Source: Patescibacteria group bacterium (lineage in GTDB: Bacteria; Patescibacteriota; Microgenomatia; UBA10105; UBA927). Taken from it: DNA of 64,000 nt. The first letter of the stretch is position 1, and each line of letters begins with the position of its first letter. A model generated the notes under the pieces. It was not told the origin of the DNA, did not search any database, and saw only the letters and a program-made list of their open reading frames with translations. Of the stretch, positions 35,637-45,070 are shown in pieces. Location: contig DATKGN010000002.1 of assembly GCA_035510735.1 (NCBI GenBank), positions 3,275-67,274 on the forward strand. Direction: 5' to 3'. Made by a program: the position numbers and the translations under genes.

Positions 35637-36317
35637 ATGCTCCATATCAGTATATTGACGCTTTTCCCCGACATGTTCGAAGGCCCATTTAATCAGTCAA
35701 TCATCCATCGTGCAATTGAAAAAAAAATAGCTTCGATAGAGTACATTGATCTTAGAAACTACGCGGCTGACAAGTATAAAAGCGTCGATGACCACCCGTA
35801 CGGCGGGGGACACGGCATGATTTTACGGGTAGATGTCATAGACCACGCAATTATAGATATAAAACGGCGTTTTCACGAAAAGGCCCATGCCATCCTTCTG
35901 GATCCGCAGGGAATTACCTATTCGCAATCAAAAGCAAAGGAATTAAGCCGCAAAAACCATATTATTCTTATCTGTGGCCACTATGAAACCTTTGATGAAC
36001 GCGTGCGAAATCTCGTTGATGAAGAGATATCAATCGGAGATTATATTGTGACCGGCGGAGAAATACCTGCAATGGCCGTTGTCGACAGCGTCATACGGCT
36101 TCTCCCGAATGCCCTTTCAAAAACACAGGCAACGAACGACGAATCTTTTTCAAAACCGGTCCTCGAATACCCGCAATACACGCGGCCTCTCGTCTATGAA
36201 AACCGTAAAGTCCCCGCAATATTATTATCGGGAGATCATAAGAAAATTGACTCCTGGAGACAAACCCAGGCTCTTGCCCGCACCAAAAAGCGACGGCCGG
36301 ATCTACTCAAAGGTTAA
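35637..36317 (+). CDS. trmD: tRNA (guanine37-N1)-methyltransferase
   Basis: SPOUT-fold TrmD motifs (ILTLFPDMFEGP..., GGYEGIDERV-like region, ISIGDYIVTGGE). Confidence 0.9.
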   Translation: MLHISILTLFPDMFEGPFNQSIIHRAIEKKIASIEYIDLRNYAADKYKSVDDHPYGGGHGMILRVDVIDHAIIDIKRRFHEKAHAILLDPQGITYSQSKAKELSRKNHIILICGHYETFDERVRNLVDEEISIGDYIVTGGEIPAMAVVDSVIRLLPNALSKTQATNDESFSKPVLEYPQYTRPLVYENRKVPAILLSGDHKKIDSWRQTQALARTKKRRPDLLKG

Positions 36318-36329
36318 AACAATAATCTG

Positions 36330-37073
36330 CTAAGGTGAAAACGGGTCCGAGCGGGTTTCATTCGAAGTCGGAGATATTACAGCTTGCCCTTCGGTTGCGA
36401 CACTGAGAATAGGCATTTTTTCCACCGTTGCAATTATCTGATTTTCTTTCGCGGAAAGAGGCTGTAATTGCGACTCTGTGGCGCCTATAGTGACGGTTAA
36501 GGGTGAATAAAATGCATCCATCCCCATACGCACGGAAATGTTTGATGGGTCTAAAAATGAAATCTCAAAATTTCGGACACGGAAGAACCGTCGGACAGAA
36601 ATTGACTGAGCAAGAAAATCATGTATCTGCTGGTAGTTTCCTACAACGGTTACTTCAAACGGTAAAAGACTCGAACCTATCTGACGTTCCTCATTCGTCA
36701 GTTTTTGAGCCGATTGGCTTGCGATGGATCCTGGTTTGGAAAGCGACACATCCGTAACGGCGACGCCACTTTGTGCAGCAAGTGCATCAAGCGTGGTAAA
36801 AAGCGTCGTTAACGACTTATCAGCAGGGACTGCAGCAATAAGTTGCTGAAGCTGATTTTTATACGTTGCTTCATCTTCGCTGTCGAGAACTGTTACTTTT
36901 GTCTGCAATTGAGCAATACTCTCGGAAAGCGCAACAGAGTCGCTCCGGATCTGAATAATTTTCCCAATGATGGGGATGATCCCGAAAACAGTTCCGAGTA
37001 TCGATATGAGTATCATCGCTCCCGATATACTGATACCCTGATACTTGCGTAAATATTTAGAATAGGGTTGCAT
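36330..37073 (-). CDS. pilO: Type IV pilus assembly protein PilO-like
   Basis: N-terminal TM helix plus coiled-coil, immediately downstream of pilN in the pilMNO arrangement. Confidence 0.6.
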   Translation of the reverse strand: MQPYSKYLRKYQGISISGAMILISILGTVFGIIPIIGKIIQIRSDSVALSESIAQLQTKVTVLDSEDEATYKNQLQQLIAAVPADKSLTTLFTTLDALAAQSGVAVTDVSLSKPGSIASQSAQKLTNEERQIGSSLLPFEVTVVGNYQQIHDFLAQSISVRRFFRVRNFEISFLDPSNISVRMGMDAFYSPLTVTIGATESQLQPLSAKENQIIATVEKMPILSVATEGQAVISPTSNETRSDPFSP

Positions 37074-37078
37074 AGTAA

Positions 37079-37627
37079 TTAAAAAACAGCAAAAAATGTA
37101 ACGGACGCCAGTATACCGCCGTTCGCCTGAATCTGTATTGATGTCAATTGAGGATTTACCAAATGATTGGATTGCGTCTGGGTGATTATCGCATTGACCA
37201 CTTGGAGGAGCGCCTCAAAAGAAGAAACGTTCATTGAAAGTGAAATTTTATCCTGATCATCTACTACGATATCCGTCAGTGACCCAGCTGGTACAAATAT
37301 ATTTATTCTATCAAGCAGGTCAGCCCACGGCCGTTGATTTTGCATGGCGTTCCCGACAATGAACGTACGATTCTTAATAGAGACGAAAAGACCTTCCTTT
37401 TTTGCATCGCCCGTAACTTCATTAATCAAATTCCGTTTTGAGGACTGTAAATTCTGTTTACTTTGATTAAAGAGGATATAGATTACTGCACAGACAAGAC
37501 TCACGCATAGAAATCCGACAACGCCGACATATCCCGTTCGTCTGAGACTGGTTTCGATGGCATCGAGCTGTGGAGACGTACCGGTCTTTGTTCGTATAAG
37601 GTTTATACTACTTTGAAGTGGTGCCAT
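37079..37627 (-). CDS. pilN: Type IV pilus assembly protein PilN
   Basis: N-terminal INLI motif, a single TM helix and its position after pilM. Confidence 0.7.
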   Translation of the reverse strand: MAPLQSSINLIRTKTGTSPQLDAIETSLRRTGYVGVVGFLCVSLVCAVIYILFNQSKQNLQSSKRNLINEVTGDAKKEGLFVSIKNRTFIVGNAMQNQRPWADLLDRINIFVPAGSLTDIVVDDQDKISLSMNVSSFEALLQVVNAIITQTQSNHLVNPQLTSIQIQANGGILASVTFFAVF

Positions 37628-37637
37628 ATGTGGAATA

Positions 37638-38660
37638 TTATTGACGCAGTGCCAAACCTACGGCAATACAGAAATTCGGCCCTTCGGTACTTAAGACGTT
37701 AAACCGCTTATCACGTACGATTCCGATCCAGGGATTTGCCATTTGAACCTCCACATTGATGCTTTCGGCAATATACACGACCATGCCGGGTAAGCGGGCC
37801 GTGCCGCCGCTTAACATAATCGTTTCGACATGCTGATCTTTATATTTCTCCTCATAAAACGCAACCGCGCGTTTCATTTCATTTATAATCGTATCCATGA
37901 TCGGCTTTGTCGCATTCACGATTTTCCCTTCAAGCTTGTCTTTCTGAAGCCCGTAGGTCCGTTTATACTCTTCTCCCTGAGTCATGGTAAAATCTAAATT
38001 CTGAGAGATAGCGCGGGTGATCGCTTCTCCGCCGGCGCTGACTGACCTCGTAAATACTAAAATGCCGCTTCGTAAAATCGCGATGTCTGTCGTTTGAGCG
38101 CCGAGTGAAACAACCATAACGGTCCTGACATTCGGTATGGACCTCGCTATGGCTCTGGAGGTCGCAATAATTTCTGTTTCAGCTGCAATTGCTGTGAGGC
38201 CGGACATCTCTAAAATTGTTAAATACTTATCCATAAGCGCTTTGGGAGCTGCGACCAATAACACCTCCATTTTATTCGTTCCAGTATCTTTGCTCTCCCG
38301 AAGAACCGTAAAATCCACATTTACCTGATCGAGCGGTAACGGAATATATTGCTCCGCCTCCCATTTAATGGCTGAAGTCAGCTCACGCGCAGACAACTGG
38401 GGAACTTCTATCACCCTCGTAAATACTTTCGATTCAGGAAGCGCGATATTCACCTCATGGGATTTAGTGCCGGTATCTTTCACTAATTGTTTCAGTGCAA
38501 CCGACACGGCCTCTAAATCTGCCTGGACCGATGATGTTAAGGCTTTCGGGGGAGTCGGCACGCTTCCAGCAGCCATGAGCGCAATCTGATTTCCTTCTTT
38601 TGCAAATTCAATGAGTTTGATGCTGTGCGAACCTATATCAATGCCGACGGATGTATTCAT
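37638..38660 (-). CDS. pilM: Type IV pilus assembly ATPase-fold protein PilM
   Basis: Actin-like fold starting GIDIGSHSIKLIEF..., ~340 aa. Confidence 0.8.
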   Translation of the reverse strand: MNTSVGIDIGSHSIKLIEFAKEGNQIALMAAGSVPTPPKALTSSVQADLEAVSVALKQLVKDTGTKSHEVNIALPESKVFTRVIEVPQLSARELTSAIKWEAEQYIPLPLDQVNVDFTVLRESKDTGTNKMEVLLVAAPKALMDKYLTILEMSGLTAIAAETEIIATSRAIARSIPNVRTVMVVSLGAQTTDIAILRSGILVFTRSVSAGGEAITRAISQNLDFTMTQGEEYKRTYGLQKDKLEGKIVNATKPIMDTIINEMKRAVAFYEEKYKDQHVETIMLSGGTARLPGMVVYIAESINVEVQMANPWIGIVRDKRFNVLSTEGPNFCIAVGLALRQ

Positions 38661-38716
38661 ATGGGCAGAAAATTTTCAAAAACTTCCTCATATTATATTG
38701 TATATCATTCCCCGGG

Positions 38717-39562
38717 CTACTGCGTTAATGATCCCTGACTGTATAGCGCCGCATCGAAAATTGTAGACGGAGAACGGTATTGTTGATAAACGACAATTTT
38801 CCTGTTCATACCGGTCGTCGTAGTGCCTGTCGATTCTATTCGGTGTCCCTGAAGCGGTAGCTGATTGGTACCCGCGTCAACGGCAATCGTCGCATCGTTA
38901 TAGACCGGTCGGATACGAAGCTCCATTAGCGTATCCGTGAGACGATTTATTCCTAAATCATTAAACGTCAATGTCGCCCTATAATCAGTGCCTGTATTGC
39001 CGCCGCATCCTCCGGAGGCAACTACTGTCGAAAAATTATCCGTTTGTGCACGGTCGCTGCTGGGATCAAATGCAGTATGCGCCACCTGATACGTTCCGTC
39101 GCTTTTTTTATAGAGTAAGGTCACGGCAAGCGCCGGTATCGTCGTCGCATCAGTGTTCCAACAAATATCAATCGATGGCGCATTATACCGGCCCGGATCG
39201 TTAGGATCTTCAATCGGAACATTATTCGCATCGTGATTCACCAGCCACACCGTGCCTGTTGAGCCGCGTTCTACTTTTGTCGGAAACTCAAATACCCCTG
39301 TTGAACTATTAATCGGTGATACTGTGACAGTATATGAAACGCCCGCGGTCAATTCATTTGCGCTATTGCTCGCGCTTTTCAGTGCTTCTTCAACGCCTGC
39401 CTCGGCTGCGCTGAACGCCCGGGATGATTCTACAACCTGGCTCGTTATCGTCGTATCCGTGGTTGTACGGGCAATGAGTGAAAGCGCCACTGTTGTAGCT
39501 ATGGTTAACACAAGAAGCGTTATCAAAACAACCTGACCGCTTGACCGTACAGTACCTTTCAT
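38717..39562 (-). CDS. Pilus-associated protein with N-terminal membrane anchor (PilX-like, Ser/Thr-rich)
   Basis: N-terminal hydrophobic anchor followed by a Thr/Ser-rich secreted domain. Last gene of the minor-pilin block. Confidence 0.4.
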   Translation of the reverse strand: MKGTVRSSGQVVLITLLVLTIATTVALSLIARTTTDTTITSQVVESSRAFSAAEAGVEEALKSASNSANELTAGVSYTVTVSPINSSTGVFEFPTKVERGSTGTVWLVNHDANNVPIEDPNDPGRYNAPSIDICWNTDATTIPALAVTLLYKKSDGTYQVAHTAFDPSSDRAQTDNFSTVVASGGCGGNTGTDYRATLTFNDLGINRLTDTLMELRIRPVYNDATIAVDAGTNQLPLQGHRIESTGTTTTGMNRKIVVYQQYRSPSTIFDAALYSQGSLTQ

Positions 39563-39604
39563 AATCTATTATTATTGTAGAGTCTGATACAAGCTTTGAC
39601 AAGC

Positions 39605-40147
39605 CTAGTTTCTCGGGGAAACTATAGTTTCAAAATTGGTATCTGCATTTTGAAATTGCCCTGACGGCACTCCGGCTTGACTTAACTGAAATTGAATCGA
39701 TATCTTTGACGGTTCGTCCGTATATGACGTACAGAAAAATACGAGTGTACTGTCGTTACAGGTCGTGCCTCCGAGTGAAACATTTGAGCTTGTCAGGAAA
39801 TCCGAAGCTCCCGAGGCAGCGCTCGTTGAGGCAATCCTTGTCACCCCGCTATCGGCAACACACCCGAATGTCGTATCAACCTCGTCAGCGTTTTTAATTT
39901 GCACGTAATTAAGAGTTGTTCCGGCTGGTGAACAATCTGATTCAACGCCCAGAGAATTTCGAATCATCCGCGTCATGCTTTCGACGGCAAAATCACCATT
40001 TTGTTTCACATCCTTTAACAGTTCCGATTTTGTATTTGACCTTGTTGTGGTAAAAAACACCTGGGTAATAAGAATACCGACGGATGCAATAATCGTCATA
40101 GCGACCAAAATTTCTAACAATGTATACCCTTCGCGTGTATGCTTCAT
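39605..40147 (-). CDS. Minor pilin / pseudopilin (class III signal peptide)
   Basis: Prepilin motif MKHTREGYTLLEILVAM (G|YTLLE, Glu+5). Confidence 0.7.
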   Translation of the reverse strand: MKHTREGYTLLEILVAMTIIASVGILITQVFFTTTRSNTKSELLKDVKQNGDFAVESMTRMIRNSLGVESDCSPAGTTLNYVQIKNADEVDTTFGCVADSGVTRIASTSAASGASDFLTSSNVSLGGTTCNDSTLVFFCTSYTDEPSKISIQFQLSQAGVPSGQFQNADTNFETIVSPRN

Positions 40148-40161
40148 ATATATGCGGCCGA

Positions 40162-40626
40162 CTACTTCCACTGTGTAAAATACGTCGTCAGAACGACAGG
40201 ATCGACCAAACTCCCGTCGACGCTGCCAACCGACGCCGTCACAACAGTAACATTTGGATCGGATTCTGACCCTGAAAATTGGATGCTCCGTGAATAAGTT
40301 CCGTCAGACAACACGATATTCCCAACACAATTATTATTAATTTGAGGCGTTAACGTGTTGTTACTGCCCATACAATACTGTCCGCTGTTTGTATCGCGGT
40401 ACGTGGTGAACGTATCCCAGCTATTGTCACGTATCGACCGAGCTGTCTCCAAAGCCTCCTGGGCAAATTTGACCGCTTCGGTCTTTTCACGGTCAACTCT
40501 TGCCGCTTTAAGCGATGCGGTCGTTCCCGCAATAAGTCCTGTTGACAAGAGGACGACAATGCCGATAACGACAATCGCCTCAACGAGTGTTTGTCCAAAC
40601 GAGTCGCGGGACCAAAATTTGTTCAT
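40162..40626 (-). CDS. Minor pilin / pseudopilin
   Basis: Prepilin-like N-terminus MNKFWSRDSFGQTLVEAIVVIGIV (G|QTLVE, Glu+5). Confidence 0.6.
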   Translation of the reverse strand: MNKFWSRDSFGQTLVEAIVVIGIVVLLSTGLIAGTTASLKAARVDREKTEAVKFAQEALETARSIRDNSWDTFTTYRDTNSGQYCMGSNNTLTPQINNNCVGNIVLSDGTYSRSIQFSGSESDPNVTVVTASVGSVDGSLVDPVVLTTYFTQWK

Positions 40627-40639
40627 ATTGTTACAACCA

Positions 40640-41104
40640 TTACTGCAATCCCAGATCACTTATGTCGCCGCTGGGACTTACGTCAAGCACATATTGTTTT
40701 GCGAATCCTACCAATGTTATCGTCGCGACAGCGGGAAGTGTCGTTCCACGGGAGAGTACGTTAAACGTTATGGTTGGAGGTGGTGGAGAGAACATAACAC
40801 CTGCTGGTAACGTCACATTTTGCGCAGCACCCTCCAATCCCTCAGGATTGCACAGCGCCCGTATTGAATAGTCTGAAGCATCGGTAAATGTCACAGAATA
40901 GCCTGAAAGTTGCGTACATTGTGAGGGTTTGTCTCCGGACATTGCTTTTGACTGTGCGAACCGAAAGTTATTTTTCAGCGTTAAAGCAGCCTGTTTTAAT
41001 ACCTGAATATCATTGTATGAATTATAATTTGCGATAATAAGGCCGGTTAAAAGCAGACCGATTGCAATAGAAACAACCAATTCTATAAGGGTAAATCCCT
41101 TCAT
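40640..41104 (-). CDS. Minor pilin / pseudopilin
   Basis: MKGFTLIELVVSIAIGLLL is a class III signal peptide. Confidence 0.75.
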   Translation of the reverse strand: MKGFTLIELVVSIAIGLLLTGLIIANYNSYNDIQVLKQAALTLKNNFRFAQSKAMSGDKPSQCTQLSGYSVTFTDASDYSIRALCNPEGLEGAAQNVTLPAGVMFSPPPPTITFNVLSRGTTLPAVATITLVGFAKQYVLDVSPSGDISDLGLQ

Positions 41105-41595
41105 GGATTTTTGAGGTAATAATTACAATTCTGATTCAGATCACTCGGATCACAGGAGTTTGAGATAAGATTCGTGCTGTTGGTCCCGTCGCATGCCGCT
41201 GTTGCTTCCAGACATCCACAGACACAATACCCATAATAGGAAGATCCTGACAATGTTTCGGCTTTATAATAATACGTCGCAGATGACCCGAGCGGATCGA
41301 CCGGAACTGCGGGCAAATAACTGTTCACCAAACCGGTGGTTTTATCTCCGGTATCAAGTCCGGATGCACTATTCCAATTTCCGCTTCCGACTGCCGGATA
41401 CGCTGCATAATCAGACCGATACATTTCAAGAGCTGATCGTATTTGTTCTAAATCGCTTTTTCTTTTCACATCACGGGACCGCTTATTGACTGCAGAATAG
41501 GAGACAACACCAATGACGGTCAGAACCGCAATGATGGTCGCCGTCACCAGAAGCTCAAGGAGGGTAAAACCGGATGTGTGGTTACGCTTTTCCAT
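41101..41595 (-). CDS. Minor pilin / pseudopilin
   Basis: MEKRNHTSGFTLLELLVTATIIAVL is a prepilin motif. Confidence 0.75.
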   Translation of the reverse strand: MEKRNHTSGFTLLELLVTATIIAVLTVIGVVSYSAVNKRSRDVKRKSDLEQIRSALEMYRSDYAAYPAVGSGNWNSASGLDTGDKTTGLVNSYLPAVPVDPLGSSATYYYKAETLSGSSYYGYCVCGCLEATAACDGTNSTNLISNSCDPSDLNQNCNYYLKNP

Positions 41596-41612
41596 ACTAT
41601 ATAACCCCCATG

Positions 41613-42044
41613 TTATTGCAAATTACTCACACAAAAATATGAATCACCGGATTTTCCCGACTCATAGACGCAACTTGTGTTAGAAGCATTTCCTGAAGTG
41701 TTTCCTGCCGGTTCCAGCTGTCCACAAAAACAATAATTGGTCACAGAAGGACAGGAAAACGTATAGTCCAATGCCGGATGTTTGGGATCCTGCGGTAAAC
41801 CGGCCGGCAAATACTTTGTCGTTGTGGTTAATGCGTCACACGTGCCATTTGGTGGATATTGACCATTATTATCCGCATAATACTGTTCTATCGCGCTTTG
41901 TGCCGCTTTCATATCGCCCTGACGACGGGCATTTCTGGATTTTATCTGCGCCTGTGCATAGGAGGCCACACCTATCGATATAAGAATGCCGATGATGGCG
42001 ATAACGATGAGAAGTTCGATTAACGTAAACGCACTTTTTTTCAT
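41613..42044 (-). CDS. Pilin-like protein (type IV pilin family)
   Basis: MKKSAFTLIELLIVIAIIGILISI is a prepilin motif; Cys pairs in the C-terminal region. The ORF-track start 42104 is an extension. Confidence 0.75.
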   Translation of the reverse strand: MKKSAFTLIELLIVIAIIGILISIGVASYAQAQIKSRNARRQGDMKAAQSAIEQYYADNNGQYPPNGTCDALTTTTKYLPAGLPQDPKHPALDYTFSCPSVTNYCFCGQLEPAGNTSGNASNTSCVYESGKSGDSYFCVSNLQ

Positions 42045-42048
42045 ATAG

Positions 42049-42798
42049 TTATAAATATATACTCCACAAATGCAACAGCTGTGTATGGAATACAAACACA
42101 ACACCTGTAGCGCCTATAAGAAACGGACCAAATGCAATCTTGCTTTTGAGTGTTTTTCGACCTCTAGCAATCAGTATGACACCGACCATTGCACCAGTCA
42201 AGAATGCGATATAGAGCGCTATAATAGCTTCAGGAAACCCAAGTAATAATCCGAGAACAAAGGACAATTTAACATCACCGAACCCGATTCCGCGGCCGTG
42301 AGTTAACAGCCATAACAGATAAAAAAAGAACATAATCCCAAAGGCCATTCCCAGATGAATCAGCGTATATATACCTATAGATTGAGATGTCAACAGTAAC
42401 CCGATGCCAATAATCGCGGTCACAATCATGCTGTCGGGTATTATTTGAAATTTGTAATCTGCAACGATCATAACCACAAACGTTGAATAAATAATACAGC
42501 TTGCAATAATAGACAGCGCCCCTGATTGATACGCAGCGATGCTGACAAATCCAATTGCAGTTACTACTTCTATAATCGGATATTGCCAGGATAATTTTTT
42601 GTCGCACCGCCTGCACGCCCCGACCTGAAGAACAAATGAAATAACCGGAACGAGTTCATACCAACGAAGCGTTTTTTTGCAATAATCACAATGAGAACGC
42701 CCCCAAAGGACATTCTGTCCTTTGGGCAAACGATCCGCAAGCACGTTGAGAAAAGATCCGACAAGAAGACCTAAAATGAACACGTATAAAAGGACCAT
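42049..42798 (-). CDS. pilD: Prepilin peptidase (A24 family)
   Basis: Zinc-binding CDYC...CRRC tetracysteine, multiple TM helices and conserved Asp regions. Confidence 0.85.
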   Translation of the reverse strand: MVLLYVFILGLLVGSFLNVLADRLPKGQNVLWGRSHCDYCKKTLRWYELVPVISFVLQVGACRRCDKKLSWQYPIIEVVTAIGFVSIAAYQSGALSIIASCIIYSTFVVMIVADYKFQIIPDSMIVTAIIGIGLLLTSQSIGIYTLIHLGMAFGIMFFFYLLWLLTHGRGIGFGDVKLSFVLGLLLGFPEAIIALYIAFLTGAMVGVILIARGRKTLKSKIAFGPFLIGATGVVFVFHTQLLHLWSIYL

Positions 42799-42895
42799 AT
42801 AGTATCAGTGTCGATGGTCTTGTGCCGACTGTCAAGCTCGGGAAAAGAGTACGTTATCCCTTGCGCCGATACTATAAACCGGCTACACTTTTGTC

Positions 42896-45070
42896 ATGAA
42901 ATTCCGTAGGGGGGATGTGCTTGCATTACTCGTGATTGTTATCATTATCGGCATATTTTTCATCCCGCTTTTTTACCCGATGGCGAAACTGGTCGTCACG
43001 CCGGATATCGGTGAAAGTGATTCGCTTTTGAATTTTGAATCCAAATATTTACTATGGCAGGGATTACAGCACAATCAAATTCCACTTTGGACCGAAACCA
43101 TGGGCGGAGGATTTCCACTATACGCAACTGGAGCGCTCGGCGTATTTTTTCTACCCAACCTCGTATTGTATAAATTATTTGATGCCGTGTCTGCGTATAA
43201 TCTTACGATCGTCGTATCATTTGTAACGCTCGCGTGGGGGACGTATCTCTGGCTCAGACTGTTGCGGCACAGTCAGTTCGCATCATTTTTCGGTGCTATG
43301 ACGCTCGCATTATCGGGCTATATGATCGTCCAAATTCCCCACAATACGGTTATCCAATCACTCAGTATCTTCCCGTTAGTATGTATATTTGTACTATTAT
43401 TAGTGAGAAAAAACTCCTGGATCTACTCAGGTCTATTGGCTTTTACCATAGGAGAGCAAATCCTTATTGGATTTCCGCAAACGGTATTTATTACGCTGCT
43501 TTTTGCCACAGCCTATGTTGTTTGGCTTCTGAAATCAGTTGAGGAGAGGGTGGGAATAACCGTAAAATACATTGTTGCATGCATCCTAGGTTTCGGAATC
43601 TCAGCAATTCAGTTGTTGCCTTCCCGCGAATTTCTATCCACCGTTGCAAACGGAACCGGATTTTCCCTACCCGATGCAACATTTTACTCATACCCACTTG
43701 CTCACCTAAAAACACTTCTTGACCCGTTTCTATTAGGCAATCCTAAATACGGTACCTATCCAACGTATATTCAGTTTTCTGGAAGTCTTTTTTGGGAAAA
43801 TACGGCGTATATCGGCATCATCCCCTTGATTCTTATGGCGGCAGCCCTCGTTATCGCTAAAGCGAAGAAAACCAAAAAGAACGTTTTTTCCGTCTCATCG
43901 GATGTACTCTTTTATGTTGCGATGACGGCAATTGCTTTTCTTTTGATGACGGGGAGTCATTCGCCATTGTATCTTGTCTATTCGTTTTGGCCATTCAATA
44001 TTTTCCGCGTACCTTCGAGATTTATATGGGTATTTATCGTCGGGCTTGTTCTCCTGAGCGTTGCGGCATTCGATTACATCAAAACGACAGTGAAGGGAAA
44101 TCGCATGATATCTGCCATGCTTATCTGTATTATCGGGATCCATATATTTCAGATTATTGTCATCTGGAGAGGATATCACGCGATAGAACCCGCAGGTACG
44201 TGGATATCAAAGCCGACACTCGCAAATCTCGTACCGCCCCATAACCGCATCTATACGATCGGCGCCGAACAGGCGCACGATAACATATTTTTCACCAAAG
44301 GCTGGATCGACATGAAGCCGTACATCATTCTTCAAAACATGCTCACGCCTGACAGAAGCGCGCTCTGGAATATTGCCAATGTCGATGAAAAAGTTGGCAG
44401 ATTTCTCAAACGATCGCTTATTGTGGACGACTATCTCTCAACTACTATAACGGAATCAACACATGAAGCAACAGTGAGTGCGACCGGTGAAAAATTATTA
44501 AATATTATCGCCATATCAGACCTCATAAGCGCCCTGCCGCTCACTCAATCCGGCCTGACACAAAACGCCATGTTATCGTATAAAAACGGCGCCATTACCC
44601 TTTACACCAATCCGAACGCCCCTGCGCGTATCTATTTAGCAACACGACCGGTTCTTGCATCGACTGCCGAAGACGCCTTAGGAGCCATAACTGCCGTTTC
44701 ATTTATACCTGGATCATCCGTCATTGTCGAAAGACCGATCAAACTCAGGGGCAGCGGAAACGTTGGGATACTCCGTATAAGCAAGTGGCAGGATGAGGAT
44801 ATTGTTATTCACGTCAACAAAAATACGCGGAGCTCAATTCTCGTTTACGCAGATTCCTATTTCCCCGGATGGATCGCAACCATAGACGGTAAACAAACGC
44901 AAATTATTCCGGTCAATATAAACCAAAAAGGAGTAATTGTGTCGCAGGGTGATCACATCATTCATCTGTATTATGCACCCGGCAGCCTTAAACAGGGCGC
45001 GATTATATCAGCTATCTCAATTCTATTAACCGTTATTGTAATGGCGTTTGCTCATTTTTTACCAGAGTAG
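42896..45070 (+). CDS. YfhO-family GT-C membrane glycosyltransferase
   Basis: 724 aa polytopic protein. The N-terminal ...HNQIPLWTETMGGGFPLYATGALGVFFLPN... fits the YfhO family (PF09586-like). Embedded in the pilus locus and convergent with the DUF2723 gene (3' ends overlap 45033-45070). Confidence 0.6.
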   Translation: MKFRRGDVLALLVIVIIIGIFFIPLFYPMAKLVVTPDIGESDSLLNFESKYLLWQGLQHNQIPLWTETMGGGFPLYATGALGVFFLPNLVLYKLFDAVSAYNLTIVVSFVTLAWGTYLWLRLLRHSQFASFFGAMTLALSGYMIVQIPHNTVIQSLSIFPLVCIFVLLLVRKNSWIYSGLLAFTIGEQILIGFPQTVFITLLFATAYVVWLLKSVEERVGITVKYIVACILGFGISAIQLLPSREFLSTVANGTGFSLPDATFYSYPLAHLKTLLDPFLLGNPKYGTYPTYIQFSGSLFWENTAYIGIIPLILMAAALVIAKAKKTKKNVFSVSSDVLFYVAMTAIAFLLMTGSHSPLYLVYSFWPFNIFRVPSRFIWVFIVGLVLLSVAAFDYIKTTVKGNRMISAMLICIIGIHIFQIIVIWRGYHAIEPAGTWISKPTLANLVPPHNRIYTIGAEQAHDNIFFTKGWIDMKPYIILQNMLTPDRSALWNIANVDEKVGRFLKRSLIVDDYLSTTITESTHEATVSATGEKLLNIIAISDLISALPLTQSGLTQNAMLSYKNGAITLYTNPNAPARIYLATRPVLASTAEDALGAITAVSFIPGSSVIVERPIKLRGSGNVGILRISKWQDEDIVIHVNKNTRSSILVYADSYFPGWIATIDGKQTQIIPVNINQKGVIVSQGDHIIHLYYAPGSLKQGAIISAISILLTVIVMAFAHFLPE

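Noticed and set aside
36503-36757. 84-aa plus-strand ORF within the pilO region
   Set aside because: It is antisense to pilO, which is part of a coherent pilMNO operon; shadow ORF.
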